Assembly: GCA_907165135.1 (NCBI GenBank)
Contig: OU015568.1
Coordinates: 1,612,001-1,676,000, forward strand
Direction: 5' to 3'
Source: Oikopleura dioica
Taxonomy: Eukaryota; Animalia; Chordata
DNA: 64,000 nt
In this document: positions 50,339-61,596 of the stretch, piece after piece
Layout: each line of letters starts with the position of its first letter
Numbering within the stretch: position 1 is the stretch's first letter
Program-made: the position numbers and the translations under genes
Notes under the pieces: generated by a model
Seen by the model: the letters and a program-made list of their open reading frames with translations, nothing else
Told to the model about the DNA's origin: nothing
Databases searched by the model: none

Positions 50339-52155
50339 CTAAATATTGGCGAGAACTGACAGGATGAGTGGCTGGACATCATCTTCCAGCACTTCTTTCA
50401 GGGCAGCTTCAATTTTCGCAATTTCTAAGTCGTGAGATCTGTATTTGCGGTTAAAACAAAGTTTGCTATTTGTTACTCACATTTCCTCCCCAACATACGC
50501 ATTCATTTCATCGATTTGCTCGATCGCTAGCCTGACTTTTTCTTTGAAAGCCTCGGTGGACATTCCATCACTCTCATCATACCCTCCATCGGGTTCATGT
50601 AGTCCTTGTTCTGTAAAACAAAGCTCAGTATACGAAACCAAGAACAGTGTGATTACCTTTGATAAGAGCCTCAATAATTGAGGCTCAATTCGCTGTTGAA
50701 GAGTTGGGCCATATTTGACGAGTGGTCGTCATTTGCCCAAGTCGTCATTTGCCCAAGTCGTCATCTGCCCAAGATCGTCATCTGCCCAACTTGGGCAAAT
50801 GACGACCTGGGTGAATGACGATGTAATTGAATTCAAAATTTAAGAAAAATGAAGCAAGATGAAAGTCTAACTGACAACTTGCAAAAAAAGTACTCGCAGG
50901 ATGTTGGCGTTTTATCGGGGCGCACTGGTTATGTCGCCGAATGTCGCCGAATGTCGCCGAATGTCGCCGAATGTCGCTGAATGTCGCCGAATGTCGCCGA
51001 ATGTCGCCACTTATTTTCGAAAAAATAGGAATTATGAAAGAAAAATTGTTTTTTTGCACAAATATTCAAAACAAACTTGTTCTAGAACCGAAAAAGGGGA
51101 AATTGTAGGAGGCGCGGCAATAGAAGTGTGTCCAGCCCGACCAGTGAGTTTCCTACCACAAATTGCGCGGAGCGCTTCCTTGTCTCGAAATTATGCCAAA
51201 ACAGTTCTAGAACAAGTTTGTTTTGAAATTTCTTGGTTAAAAACCAGTTTTCTTTCCAAAAATCCTGGTTTTAAAAAATAGGTGGCGACATTCGGCGACA
51301 TTCGGCGACATTCGGCGACATTCAGCGACATTCGGCGACATTCGGCGACATTCGGCGACATAACCAGTGTCGACCGTTTTATCAGTTCAAATTCGACAGT
51401 TTTTGTTGAGAAAACAATCTCATCTGCTATAATCTGGGACTTTAGCACCGTATCGAAAAGCAAGGTGTAATGAGTTTTCGCCAACGCGTATCCCCCTTTG
51501 CTGACTCTTAGCGCCGGAAAATGGTGCTAAAGTCGGTTTTGTGTTTAGTCTGAACTTTGGATGAAATTTTGTTTGAATTGATTGAATTTAAATATTGAAG
51601 TGGAACCGAAGGTACTCGGGCTGAGTAACCCGGCAGCCTAGTCTCGGCTCACATTTGAACTTGAGTGATAACTTTTGAAAAAGTAGAGAAAAGCTAAGAA
51701 TCTCCTCCGGTAGCTTGCTCCAAGTTTGGATCATACTGTATGGTACAGTATTCAGGAGATTTTTAAGAAGGACTTTCTCTCAGTCTTTTTCTGATCGAAG
51801 CCTAATCGAGTAAGTCTTTGCTATTAAAATATATCGACCGGACTTCCGGACTTTTATAGTGATGAGTCCGTTCCTGTGAAACATAGAAAAGCTTTTTTCA
51901 AATTAAAATTCAATTACCGTAACTAGACTACCGTACTACCCGGTACACATCGTCTTTCACCCAAGATCGTCATTTGCCCAAGGTGGGCAGATGACGACCG
52001 GGGCAGATGACGACTTGGGCAGATGACGACTTGGGCAAATGACGACCACTCATATTTGACAATGGCCGTTTCAACAGATTGTTTCAATTGATCAATTGCG
52101 TCCTAGACTTTATGAAAACGGAACGGATTATACGAATACCTACCGCGATTGTCAT
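50339..52155 (-). CDS. Small helical protein gene interrupted by a MULE-like element
   Basis: MTIA|(41-nt GT-AG intron)|DAIDQLKQSVETAIVKY[element]GPTLQQRIEPQLLRLLSK..EQGLHEPDGG..VGEE|ISHDLEIAK..LANI*. The frame junction near 50613-50660 is unresolved. Confidence 0.45.
50720..52051. mobile_element. Non-autonomous Mutator (MULE)-like element, 1332 bp
   Basis: ~105-bp TIRs starting GAGTGGTCGTCATTTGCCCAAG, built from GTCGTCAT(T/C)TGCCCAA units. Perfect 9-bp TSD ATATTTGAC (50711-50719, 52052-52060). Confidence 0.9.
50923..51369. repeat. Nested inverted repeat with 10-bp tandem arrays inside the MULE-like element
   Basis: CACTGGTT(ATGTCGCCGA)~7 on the left and (TCGGCGACAT)~7 AACCAGTG on the right. 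Inner arms AAAACAAACTTGTTCTAGAAC / GTTCTAGAACAAGTTTGTTTT. Confidence 0.85.
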
Positions 52156-52353
52156 TTTTCTCTTTTGATATTTTTTGCCCTATTGATGTTAAAAAATGAA
52201 TTGTTTCCGCTTTGAGAAATTGTCTTTCATGAAGGAATTTCGGGAATGATGCTTATGTCATTATCTTCGTTGATTTTATGCATGCGAAAGAACCAGCTGT
52301 TTTCTGTCTGTTGAGAAATGGCTTGATGTTTTTCAGAAGAAAAAGAAGCAGCC

Positions 52354-53027
52354 ATGAAACTTTTTAGCATTTTTCTTTCCGGAATTCTCGCCGATCGACA
52401 ATGCGGAGATTACGCCTGCATTGAGGCGATGGAAACTGTAGGCTGCCTCGACACCTGCTACGAAGATGGCGACTGTTTCGGGACTCAAATGTATTGTTGC
52501 GGAAAATTAGCGGCCAACGATTGGGACGATCTGTTCAAGTTCCAGTCAGTTGTCCGAGCGGCTGGAGAAGCAATGCGAATCGATCATAATATTCTTGGAG
52601 CGATTATTTCTAGAGAGTCAAGAGCTGGAAGAAAGCTTGAGAGCTGGAATGGAGAGTATGGATGGGGAAAGTGCAGTGGCGGAAGTTGCTATGGATGGGG
52701 ACTAATGCAGGTGGATCGAAGATTTCATGAACCAAAAGGTGATTTCTAGAGATTTTTCGAATTAACGACAATCATTTTCTAGGCGCTTGGGATTCTCAAG
52801 AACACTTGGAGCAAGCCGCTCAAATTCTCATCGATCAAATCAACTGCATTTCCCGAAAATTCGACCGATGGACTCTTCCAATGAAAACCAAGGGTGGCAT
52901 TTGTGCCTACAGTGCTGGATGCGCTCACGTCCAGAATTATGACGGCATGGACATCGGAGCTGACGGAAATGATTATGCGAATGATTCTGTTTGCCGAGGG
53001 CAGTGGTTTAAAAACAGAGGATTTTGA
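52354..53027 (+). CDS. LYG: Goose-type lysozyme, secreted (2 exons)
   Basis: Signal peptide; GAIISRESRAG (catalytic Glu); GWGLMQVDRRFH.PKG|AWDSQEHLEQAAQIL; GGICAY; NDYAND..RGQWFK. Confidence 0.92.
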
Positions 53028-53099
53028 GTCTCCTGCGAATAAATTTGAATTGAAATTAGAAACAATTTTTTCTTGTTCCCGAATTAAGCTTTGCAATTA

Positions 53100-53484
53100 C
53101 AGTGAAAACCCAAAATTTGCCCACCCAAAATTTGGCCGCTTTTTGTCTAAAACTAGCTTTTTTGGAACCTGAAATCAACCCAAAATTTGGCCGCTTTTTC
53201 AAAAATAGAAAATTTTTCACCAGAATTGGGACCTAATGAGGCTATTTCTGATAATTTTTAGGTTTTTAAAGCGTTTTAATGACTAAATTCTCATGAGAAT
53301 GTCTTCAAACAAGCAAAAATTTGAATAAAATTCATCAAAAATAACAAAATCATGCCGATTTTCGAAAATTTTGAATCTTTGCTTTTTGAAGGGGAAACTT
53401 GGCTACCCGTCAAAAAACCCAAAATTTGGCCGCTTTTTTCGGGAATTTACATCTGAAAACCAGCCAATTTTTGGGTTTTTACTG
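53100..53484. mobile_element. Tc1/mariner-type MITE (385 bp)
   Basis: TA|CAGTGAAAACCCAAAATTT ... AATTTTTGGGTTTTTACTG|TA (about 17/19 match). Three internal CCCAAAATTTGGCCGCTTTT copies. Confidence 0.7.
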
Positions 53485-53523
53485 TATGAACAGCAGCTTA
53501 GATTCTGAACTTCTGAAGACAAT

Positions 53524-54474
53524 CTATCTGAGAGTATTTGGATTCATCCATCCCCTCCAAGTCGGATCGTGGCCACCGTTAAAGTCAGCAGCATCCTCGC
53601 CGTCGATCTTGACAAGAGCGCAAATGTAAGCCATCGATTTGATGAACTCATCAAAGCTGATCTTATCATCATGATTCTTGTCAAGCTCGTTCACAAGCTC
53701 TTCGAGCTTCTCCTGGGATGAGAACACCTCGGGAAGTTCTTAAAATCGTTTAAAAGAGAACTTTAAGGTCGTTACCTTGTCCCATCATTAGGGTTCGCGC
53801 CCAAAAATCAAGTGCCCGAAATACTTATTCTATCTTTCTGAATTTTAGATATATGATAGATAAGGGCAAATAAAGTATAAATTGTTTTAAAATTTATCAA
53901 AATTTAAGAGGGTTGAAGAGAAAATAAGCCCCAAAAATGCCAAAAAATGGGTTGACCATGTTAGTCAGCCCAAAATTAAAAATTTCAAAAAATGGTATGA
54001 TCAGTAGAGGTTTCTGATCATTTTTTGATAAAAAAATTTTGGGAAGCATCTACGGTTTCCCTAGAATTTACAAAAAACTGCCTTTTTTTGGCAATGTTTT
54101 TCTGTTACGTGATCATGCGCGCGCACGCGTAACCGCGCGTGATGGGGGTGGCCACGTAAAATTCCAATCAATTTTGCCGGAAAATTTTAATTCTTCTTTT
54201 TTAACATAATTAATAAATAACTAATAATTAAAATAATAAAACTATAATAAATATGAGCTCATAATACTTTTATTAATCATAAATAATTATAAATTGAAAA
54301 ATTTTCTCTTTTTATCTTTGAGAAACCTAAAAGATCCTCTAGATTTTTAAAAGATCACCTTACGTCGTGGGCCATCATTGCTTTCAATTCTTCCTTGTCG
54401 AGCATCTTGTCTTCTCCAGCATGCTCGTTGAAGATGCCAATAATGGACTTCATCAAGTCCACGATTTTTGTCAT
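53524..54474 (-). CDS. S100-like two-EF-hand calcium-binding protein
   Basis: Exon MTKIVDLMKSIIGIFNEHAGEDKMLDKEELKAMM (S100 pseudo-EF-hand-like). Last exon has ELVNELDKNHDDKISFDEFIKSM (canonical EF loop). The junction between them is unresolved. Confidence 0.72.
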
Positions 54475-54670
54475 TTCTCAGCCTTTTTAAAAATTATTTC
54501 TATCTCAAATGAATTCAAAAAAAATAGAGGCTTGACTTATTTCCGCCAAGAAAAAAAGCAATAAAATACAAAAAATAGACTTTACTCATGCCCTCATATG
54601 ACGTTTTCAGTATTTATTAAAATTACATGTATTAAAAAATGCAGCAAAAATGAATAAGAATAAAAAACAG

Positions 54671-55568
54671 TTAAACGAATATACATCCGTTTTTCTCGAT
54701 AAAGAAAGATTTCACTTTTCTCGCGGATCTGATGATTTGTCGATAAACTTTTCCTCGACCACTGCAAGCATAGTTTCTAGCCCAAGAATTGATGGCAGGG
54801 TTGACTTGACCATTGAGGGTGCAGACGTCGCTTTTGTCGAAAACACTGACATCAGCTGCTTCTTCCTCGAATCCGTTTTCGACGTAGCAAGCTTGGCCAG
54901 TTTGAGCTGAGCGCATTTTGGCGAAAGTTATATTCATTCGGTTGATGTAGCGTTGCGCGAATTTTTCGTCAGTAAGAGAGTCGAAAATTCGCTAAATAAT
55001 AATAAGTCATTTTTTTCTTCGGCTTTCGATTTACCTGAGCATGCCCTTCGATGATTTGGAGTCGATCTGGTTCTGTGAGTTCGAACTGAAAACCTTCTCC
55101 CACAATCGAACCGTCAGTAGAAAACACGATTACAGCAGAACCGCCTTCGATGAAAAGAGTAGGGAAGCCCTCGTTGGAAGGATTGGGACGATCTGGTGTA
55201 TATTTGTCTCCTTCTTTCTTGTGATCTTCCGATTCTCATCGGCGTCGAGAAGAGTCGTTCTCTCCGCAGAAATGTCGTTCATAGCCGTTTCCATCGATGA
55301 CAGCAACGGAGTCGTAGGCGCAGACAGAGTTGTTCTCGAGTGAGAAGGAGAGTGGGACAATGTTGAAGCCTAGGACGTCGCCAAGCTCGATGTTCCAAAC
55401 GCAGTCGAGGTAGTTGTAGTAGTAGCCGCGATCGAAACCTGGGGATGTGATGGTTTGGGACTCAGTGATTGTTCCACCACACTCGCTATCGTAGATGGAG
55501 CTTGAGGAGCTCGAGGAAGAGCTGTGGTCAGCAGCGGCAGCGGCAAGAATGACGTTAAAAAGCTTCAT
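54671..55568 (-). pseudogene. Secreted CUB-domain protein with an in-frame TGA (null allele, readthrough or sequence error)
   Basis: CGGTI..ITSPGF..YYNYLDCVWNI..F.LE..CAYDSV..FCG. TGA at 55236-55238. The same frame continues to the CUB C-terminal strands (VFSTDGSIVGEGFQFEL) and an intact last exon. Confidence 0.75.
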
Positions 55569-56212
55569 TTTTTAAATCTATTTTAGAGTTAATTCTCTTT
55601 TGATGAAAAATGAAAAATTGAACGCTTTATAATTTATAAATTATAAAGCCATCTTATCGCCCTCAACAACAAGGGCCGTTCAAAATCGCGAACTTGTGTG
55701 TTGGGATCATTCAAAAAATAAGCGCGATAAGGAAGTATCAAGCATATCTGGAAGTTATCATGTCCTCTTGTGCTCTAGTTGTTCTCGGTTCCATCAATTT
55801 AGAAGAGCATTTTTGAACAAAAAAAAACATTTTTTTTAATTCTAATAATTAATTCTAAGTTTATATTGCGAGAACGCCATTCATGTTTTGTTAACCTCAA
55901 GCAGAGCACAAAAATTACAGACTGCGCATTGTTATAAATAAATTACGAAAGATAATTGCTCATTTGTCTCCCCGAACAAGAAATTTTCGCCATTTCATAA
56001 CAAAAGAGAGCAAAAAATGAAGTCGAGGAAAATTTCAAGAGGTTTTTTGATCATACCCATGATCTCTCTTCTAGTTAGCTTCTTGCTTGCTGGCTGTTTT
56101 TCAATCAAAGCTCCGCGATCAAAATGCCCCGATCAACCAGGTCTAGGGTTGGCAAATTGAAGACGAATCAAAAGACGGCATTTCTTCCGACAGCCAATCA
56201 AAATCGCGAAAT

Positions 56213-56593
56213 TTGCCGACCCTCTTTAAAGATGACGAGTATTGCTTCGATGATGGAACCTATTACATGCTTTATGAAATCGTCGATTGCCTGAACATCT
56301 TCTCTGGAATCGTGTCACTAATAACCTTCGACCTTGGTGATAAACCAAGCATAATCTTCGGCTGTGTTCTTGCCTCAATCTCACTCGCGTTCAACGGTCT
56401 CCGAGCAGTAGATTTGCTCAAAAACGATCACGTGAAGACAAATAGGTCGCAGACTCTTGGCGACTTTCACAAGAATATTCTCAAGGGCGATTTGATTTCC
56501 TGGACGTATTTGACAATTATTTGGATCGCTTTCGGGACGTTCTCAGATTTGCTCCTAGAAAATTTTTCCTGCAAATTATTTCGAGAGCAATAA
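56213..56593 (+). CDS. Putative multipass membrane protein (partial)
   Basis: ORF with three hydrophobic segments. Flanking exons not resolved. Confidence 0.3.
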   Translation: MPTLFKDDEYCFDDGTYYMLYEIVDCLNIFSGIVSLITFDLGDKPSIIFGCVLASISLAFNGLRAVDLLKNDHVKTNRSQTLGDFHKNILKGDLISWTYLTIIWIAFGTFSDLLLENFSCKLFREQ

Positions 56594-56793
56594 TTAGTTT
56601 TCATTCAACAATGGATTTTGATTCTTCGCAAGGACTCGTTTCCCAGAACACGGGACCACAAAAATCGACAAGGATTTCGACGAAAAAGAAGCAGTATTTC
56701 TTATACGCCTGTTTCGAAGAAAAATAAATAAGATTACGGGATATCTTTTGTATTTAATAAATATGATTTTTCAACAGATTAAGATTTTAATGA

Positions 56794-57975
56794 TTATAAT
56801 TGAAGCTCGATGTTTGGAAGAGCAAGGGCAGTTGTTGGAGTTTTCGGCATTTTTGCACAGTAATGTTCTTCTATTTTTATAGGATCGATCAATTTCGACT
56901 TCTTTCGTAAAATTCCTAAAGAAAATTGACTAAAAATAAGGTCGATCCTCGCTTACCTGTAATATGAACATCCTGAAATCTGAAATTCTCCGTCTGCAAC
57001 GCAGTTTTAAAGAGCAACGAAGAAGTTATCTTCGACAAGATATAATTTCCGTTCGCGCAATATGGCGGAAAATATTCTTGCTCAAATTCATCTGTCGGTA
57101 CCATCCATCGTCCTTCTCGACGAACTCGTGGCTTTTGAACTGGATTCGAGCACCAGATCGAGCCATTTTGAAGCTTTTGATTTTCAAGCATGCTTTCTAG
57201 GGCTGTGATGTTCACGTCGAGGTCATCTTCGACCATCAGATAATACGGAACCGGGCAGCTTTCTCGGGCGAATCTGGTTCCGCCAAGAACTTTGATTGTT
57301 TTGTTCCCACTGTTTTCAACGACTGAAAAGTTTTATGCAATACTACAGGCTTAGAATCGCCAAACCATTGAGAACTATTCCATCTTGATGTCTCTCGACT
57401 TCTTTTTGCATTTCTTTGTACGCCGGTATTTGGCGCGTATCGTAACCAGCAGGAATACCGAGAAGAAAGACTCGCTCGATTTGATCTGTTGAAGTCCAAT
57501 TTGTTCGAATATTAGCTCGGCGCTGGACACGGCGAATGTTACTGTTGATGATGACGAGCATTCGAGTTGATTCGGAGCAGTGCAGGTTGTTTGTATTTGA
57601 AATGTTCTTTTGAAGGATAAATGAAAATTGACACACTACGGCTTAGACTGTTACAGAGTCTTCATCAGAAACATAATTACATTCTTTGTCGATCCTTTCC
57701 TGCATCAACCCAACAGCTTCCAGTTGTTTATTCGCCGTCGATTCAATATACTGTTCTGGCAACACATACAAATCCGCATTTTCATCAAAAATATACTCGT
57801 AGCTGCTATCAAACTCTTTCTCTGCCTCTCTCGCCATCGTAACAAGAGCATCTTTGTACAAAGTCGAGCAGCAGATCAAAATCCAGATCACGGAAGTCGT
57901 GATAAAGACCTTATTCTCAAGCTGCCGTCGTCTTGAGATTTTGATCTCTTCATCTGTGAAAAATCGCTGGTCCAT
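56794..57975 (-). CDS. Glycosyltransferase family 31 (beta-1,3-galactosyl/GlcNAc-transferase-like), type II membrane
   Basis: N-terminal TM; RRANIRTNW; VFLLG; E..HQD; YLMVEDD (DxD-like); PRVRREGRWMVP..EYFPPYCANGNYILS; FQDVHITG. Confidence 0.82.
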
Positions 57976-58218
57976 TTTTATTTCATAGTTTTGGTTTTTT
58001 GACTCCCGCGCAGGAAATTCGCGAGCCGGCCCCAGGCGAATAGAAGAAAGGTTGAAAAAAAGAGAGCCAGAAATTCAAAATAAGCTTCCTCCTTTTTTTC
58101 CTTTCCAGATGGTTTCATAGTCCCCCTCAAGTCGCGAGGAAGTTTTCGCGACACAAAAGAAGCTCTCTCTCTTTTGTCCATTTCAGATGAAACCAAAACA
58201 ATAAAAAACCACGAGAAA

Positions 58219-58434
58219 ATGCCAAAAAGCGAAGATATGGACGACTTTACTTATCGCTTCTACCACTACATGATTTGTTACGAACGATACGATAATCATG
58301 AGCATCTCAACTTTGCCCTGGCTTCTTGTGGACACAAACTTTGCTACTCGTGTCTCCAGAATTTGCACCAGTGCACCTGCCCATTCTGTAGAAAGGAGTT
58401 CACTGTCGATGATATTATTCTTCTAAGAAATTGA
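58219..58434 (+). CDS. Small RING-HC-like protein with a degenerate first ligand
   Basis: YMIC..ASCGHKLCYSC..CPFCR; seven of eight ligands are present. Confidence 0.6.
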   Translation: MPKSEDMDDFTYRFYHYMICYERYDNHEHLNFALASCGHKLCYSCLQNLHQCTCPFCRKEFTVDDIILLRN

Positions 58435-58873
58435 CGATTGTCGAAGAAAATTGTTTTGATAAAATGAAACTTTACGACGTCAATTTTAAGTTAAAGACTC
58501 TTGGTACCTAGTATCTAGTATTGAAAACTTAAATTTGTATAAAATGCAATTTTTCTTACCATCTTTCCAGCTACCACGCTGGTATCACTAACATACAATT
58601 TTAAAATGAAATCCATCATATTGGTGATATAGTCTACTGAACTTTCTATCAAACAAATGCGCGATAAATTATTTCTGCCTAAATAAAATGACAAAAAGCG
58701 TTTGCTTAATCTGTTCGTTGTGAAAATCGTTTTGTTCAAATTTGACAGCAAGCCTTCAGTAAGTTGACCTTCAACTAAGCATGATAATTGCTCATCCTGC
58801 ATCAATAAAATGAGCAAATGCAAAAAGCTTTAAAAGCAATTTGTTCATTTTGCACAGTTTGTGAGTTAAAAGA

Positions 58874-59219
58874 ATGAGATTCAGAGAATTGCTGCTGCTC
58901 TGCTCCTACATAACTTCTTCTCCCTTGCTTTCCGAGGAGCAACCTGGTAGGATAATTCAAAATAGCATGAAAATAAAGCTTGAAGACTTGACGAACTTGC
59001 CTGCTGAAGATCAATCTACAAAGTCGAACAAAGATAAACTAAAAGAAGAGTTGAAAAAGTGGGATGCGGATATGATCTTCTCAAATGCCTTAGAGTCATT
59101 TATGAGGATAGGACTCAACAAAACAAACTTCTATATAAAATTATTTTGTTGAATCCTTTGAAAAAGAAGTAGAGAGTTCAACGAGGCATTTTTCGCCTTC
59201 TTTCATTGAGAAAGATTGA
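58874..59219 (+). CDS. Small secreted peptide-precursor-like protein, paralog 1
   Basis: Signal-like MRFRELLLLCSYITSS; conserved LKKWDADMIFSNALESFMR. Probable GA-AG intron 59112-59166 leads to EVESSTRHFSPSFIEKD*. Confidence 0.55.
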
Positions 59220-59448
59220 CAACTGTATTTAAAAAATTGTCTTGCGAAATTGTCTATTCTCATCGAGTTCAAAATAGAATAAACCAACATGAATATAATG
59301 ACTAAATTGCCGAATCCTTTTTTGTCTAGAATTAACCAGAATCGGCAGGTTTATCTCCGACAACGCATGATAAAATATCGCGGATAATTGTTCACCCAGT
59401 CTCCTATAAATACAGTAAGAAGAAAGAGCATTTTCAAATTAAGAAGAA

Positions 59449-59995
59449 ATGCGTTTCAGAGAATTACTGTTCTTCTGCTCCTTGATGACTTGTTACCCTT
59501 TGCTTTCCAAGAGGCAACCAAAGGTTGAGGGTTTGATCAACAAGCCTGCTGAAAGTGAGACAACAAAGTTGAAAGATGAAAATTTGAAGAAGTGGGAGGA
59601 TGAGCTGCTTTTCTCAAATGCCCTTGATTCATTTTTGAGGAACGGATTCAATGCTCGGATCGGCAACCTATGAAAAAACCCTGAGTCGGGGCGGCTTAGT
59701 TAAAGTTACCGACTCAAGGAATAGTTTTAACGAGAGAACTTTTCATTTTTCCTGACTCGAGTGTTCCACACAGGTTGTCAAGCCAACTTCGACTGAATTG
59801 TTGCATAATTCTAGTGTTGAATTCTCTGAAAAAGAAGTCCAGAGTTCAACGAGACATTTCTCGCGTATTTTCATTGAGGAAGATATATTCAACATTGGCA
59901 GAGACAAAAAAAAATACACTAAAAACCAGCGAAATTATTTGTTCTCATTTCAATGTCGAAATAAACAGGCACTTGGCCATCAGCATTTCGAATGA
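59449..59995 (+). CDS. Small secreted peptide-precursor-like protein, paralog 2
   Basis: MRFRELLFFCSLMTCYPLLSKR..LKKWEDELLFSNALDSFLRN. Probable GA-AG intron 59645-59834 leads to EVQSSTRHFSRIFIEE. The 3' end is uncertain. Confidence 0.55.
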
Positions 59996-60519
59996 ATTCT
60001 CTCGTATCAGCGGTTGATGAGCCCAGCATGCGACCATGTAGATCAAATCGTCTCGCTCAGTGAGATAGTTGAGTTTGCCACAGAGATGTATCCATAAATC
60101 TGACTGTCTGATGATTTGTTTTCCAATGGCTAGGATTTCTTCAGAAATCTTCTCGCAGAAATCTTGATTGATGAGACCCTTTGATTTTGGCATGAGCGAG
60201 AAGGCTTTGGGAAGACTAGCCCACTTTTGACGGATTCAGATTTGAAAATTTTAGATCCCAAATCGAGCGAAAGTTCGAATCCCCTTTCCTTTTGACTGTT
60301 GCTTTCTTTCAATGTCAAGCCGATCGAATTTGCACTTTCCGCTAATTCCAACAAATTTGCTAATTTCTTATTCAGTGTCTTGTCAAATTCTTCTATCGGA
60401 TTGTCCATCTTTCTATTCGCAACAGATTCCACCAGCTCCTTTCCTTGTTTCCACACTCCCTTGTACTTTTTCAACAGTTTATGAACACTGGCCGCATATT
60501 TTGACGCCTGCAATTCCAT
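59945..60519 (-). CDS. CINP-like protein (CDK2-interacting protein family), 2 exons
   Basis: N-terminal helical segment AASVHKLLKKYKGVWKQGKELVESVANRK and C-terminal RDDLIYMVACWAHQPLI, resembling the CINP ..YLSMWLHQPY motif. ATG follows TTTCAG|A. Confidence 0.5.
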
Positions 60520-60756
60520 TCTGAAAAGTAATAACGATCAACAACACTTTTTTCAAGCAAAAAAATCACTAAGAATCGATAAAGGCTGTAAAATGAGCGC
60601 TCTGATAACGATAAATTCGGCCGTCTGAGTCAGGGTTTAGGAAAATATTGAACTAGCTTTGTAGAGAAGCCGCGTTTGTAAATCGACAATAAAATCAAAA
60701 AAGTTAAAGAGTGCCACTATCAGGAAAATATGAAGCAGAAGGCCGAGTATTTAATG

Positions 60757-61405
60757 TCAGTGCCACTCGATTTCATCCGGCCGAACAGGGCGCTTCAACG
60801 GCTCAGTCGTCTCCTTATTGACATCTTTTGACATCGACTTCCGCATATCGTACGCGTCTTCTTCCAGTCCATCTTTCGACGACGCCCCGTAATAATTGAG
60901 AACTCGTCGATACGTAGTGTAGCCCAAGTTTTTGTAGAGCTCGTGGGCTGCTGTATTCGTCTGGCGGACGAAAAGATCTAAAATGATTGTATGAGATCGA
61001 ATAAACAAACTGATAAACATTGAGAGTAACTTACCAACGAACCAAGTATTTTTCTTTTCCGAAACCTCTTCCAAAAGGTTCATCAATTTTCTAGCAAGGC
61101 CGAGTCGCCGATATGTAGGCTGCACCGTAAGAGCAGTGACATGACCGTGCCATTGCTTCATCGAATCTTTTCCCTAGAAAGTACGTTCACCAACTCATTC
61201 CAGACACAAAGTTCAGTACCTCAGACTTTCCCATTATGTAACCCTGAATGTCACCATTGGGAGCCAACGCAGTGAAATAGTATTCAGGCCATTTGGCTTG
61301 ATAGTGGAGGTAAAACGGCAATCCGTACGTTTCTGTAAGTGGATCCAAATTGACCTTGTTGAATTTGAAAAGATCAAAGCAAGAAAACGGCCTTATTTCA
61401 GTCAT
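60757..61405 (-). CDS. NAA20: N-alpha-acetyltransferase 20 (NatB catalytic subunit)
   Basis: DLFKFNKVNLDPLTETY..WPEY..GYIMGKSE|..WHGHVTALTV.PTYRRLGLA..FV|DLFVR..LGY..YRRVLNYY..EDAYDMRK. Confidence 0.95.
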
Positions 61406-61596
61406 TCTGAAGACATAAGAAATAAGAAAAATATTTATTCAGGAATTTTGCGCGGCTTTTCTTCAAAGCTCTTTCAAAACCCAAGTAAGGGACTTTACAG
61501 TTCGCAAAAGAGTAAAAACTTTGTTCTGTGTATTAGTATTTTTGGAATATCAAAGTAACTGCTGAAGTAAAGTGTCAAAAGGGGACAGTCAAGGTC

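Noticed and set aside
50778-51484. ORFs with MSPNVAECRR / DIRRHSATFG repeats
   Set aside because: They are translations of the 10-bp tandem arrays inside the transposon, open in several frames on both strands.
55236-55238. Selenocysteine reading of the TGA in the CUB gene
   Set aside because: The context points to an Arg codon in a polybasic run, I saw no SECIS, and CUB proteins are not known selenoproteins.
59090-59660. FMRFamide-like motifs SFMRIG / SFLRNG
   Set aside because: The Phe before Gly is missing and no basic cleavage site follows. The Gly codon probably spans a splice donor.
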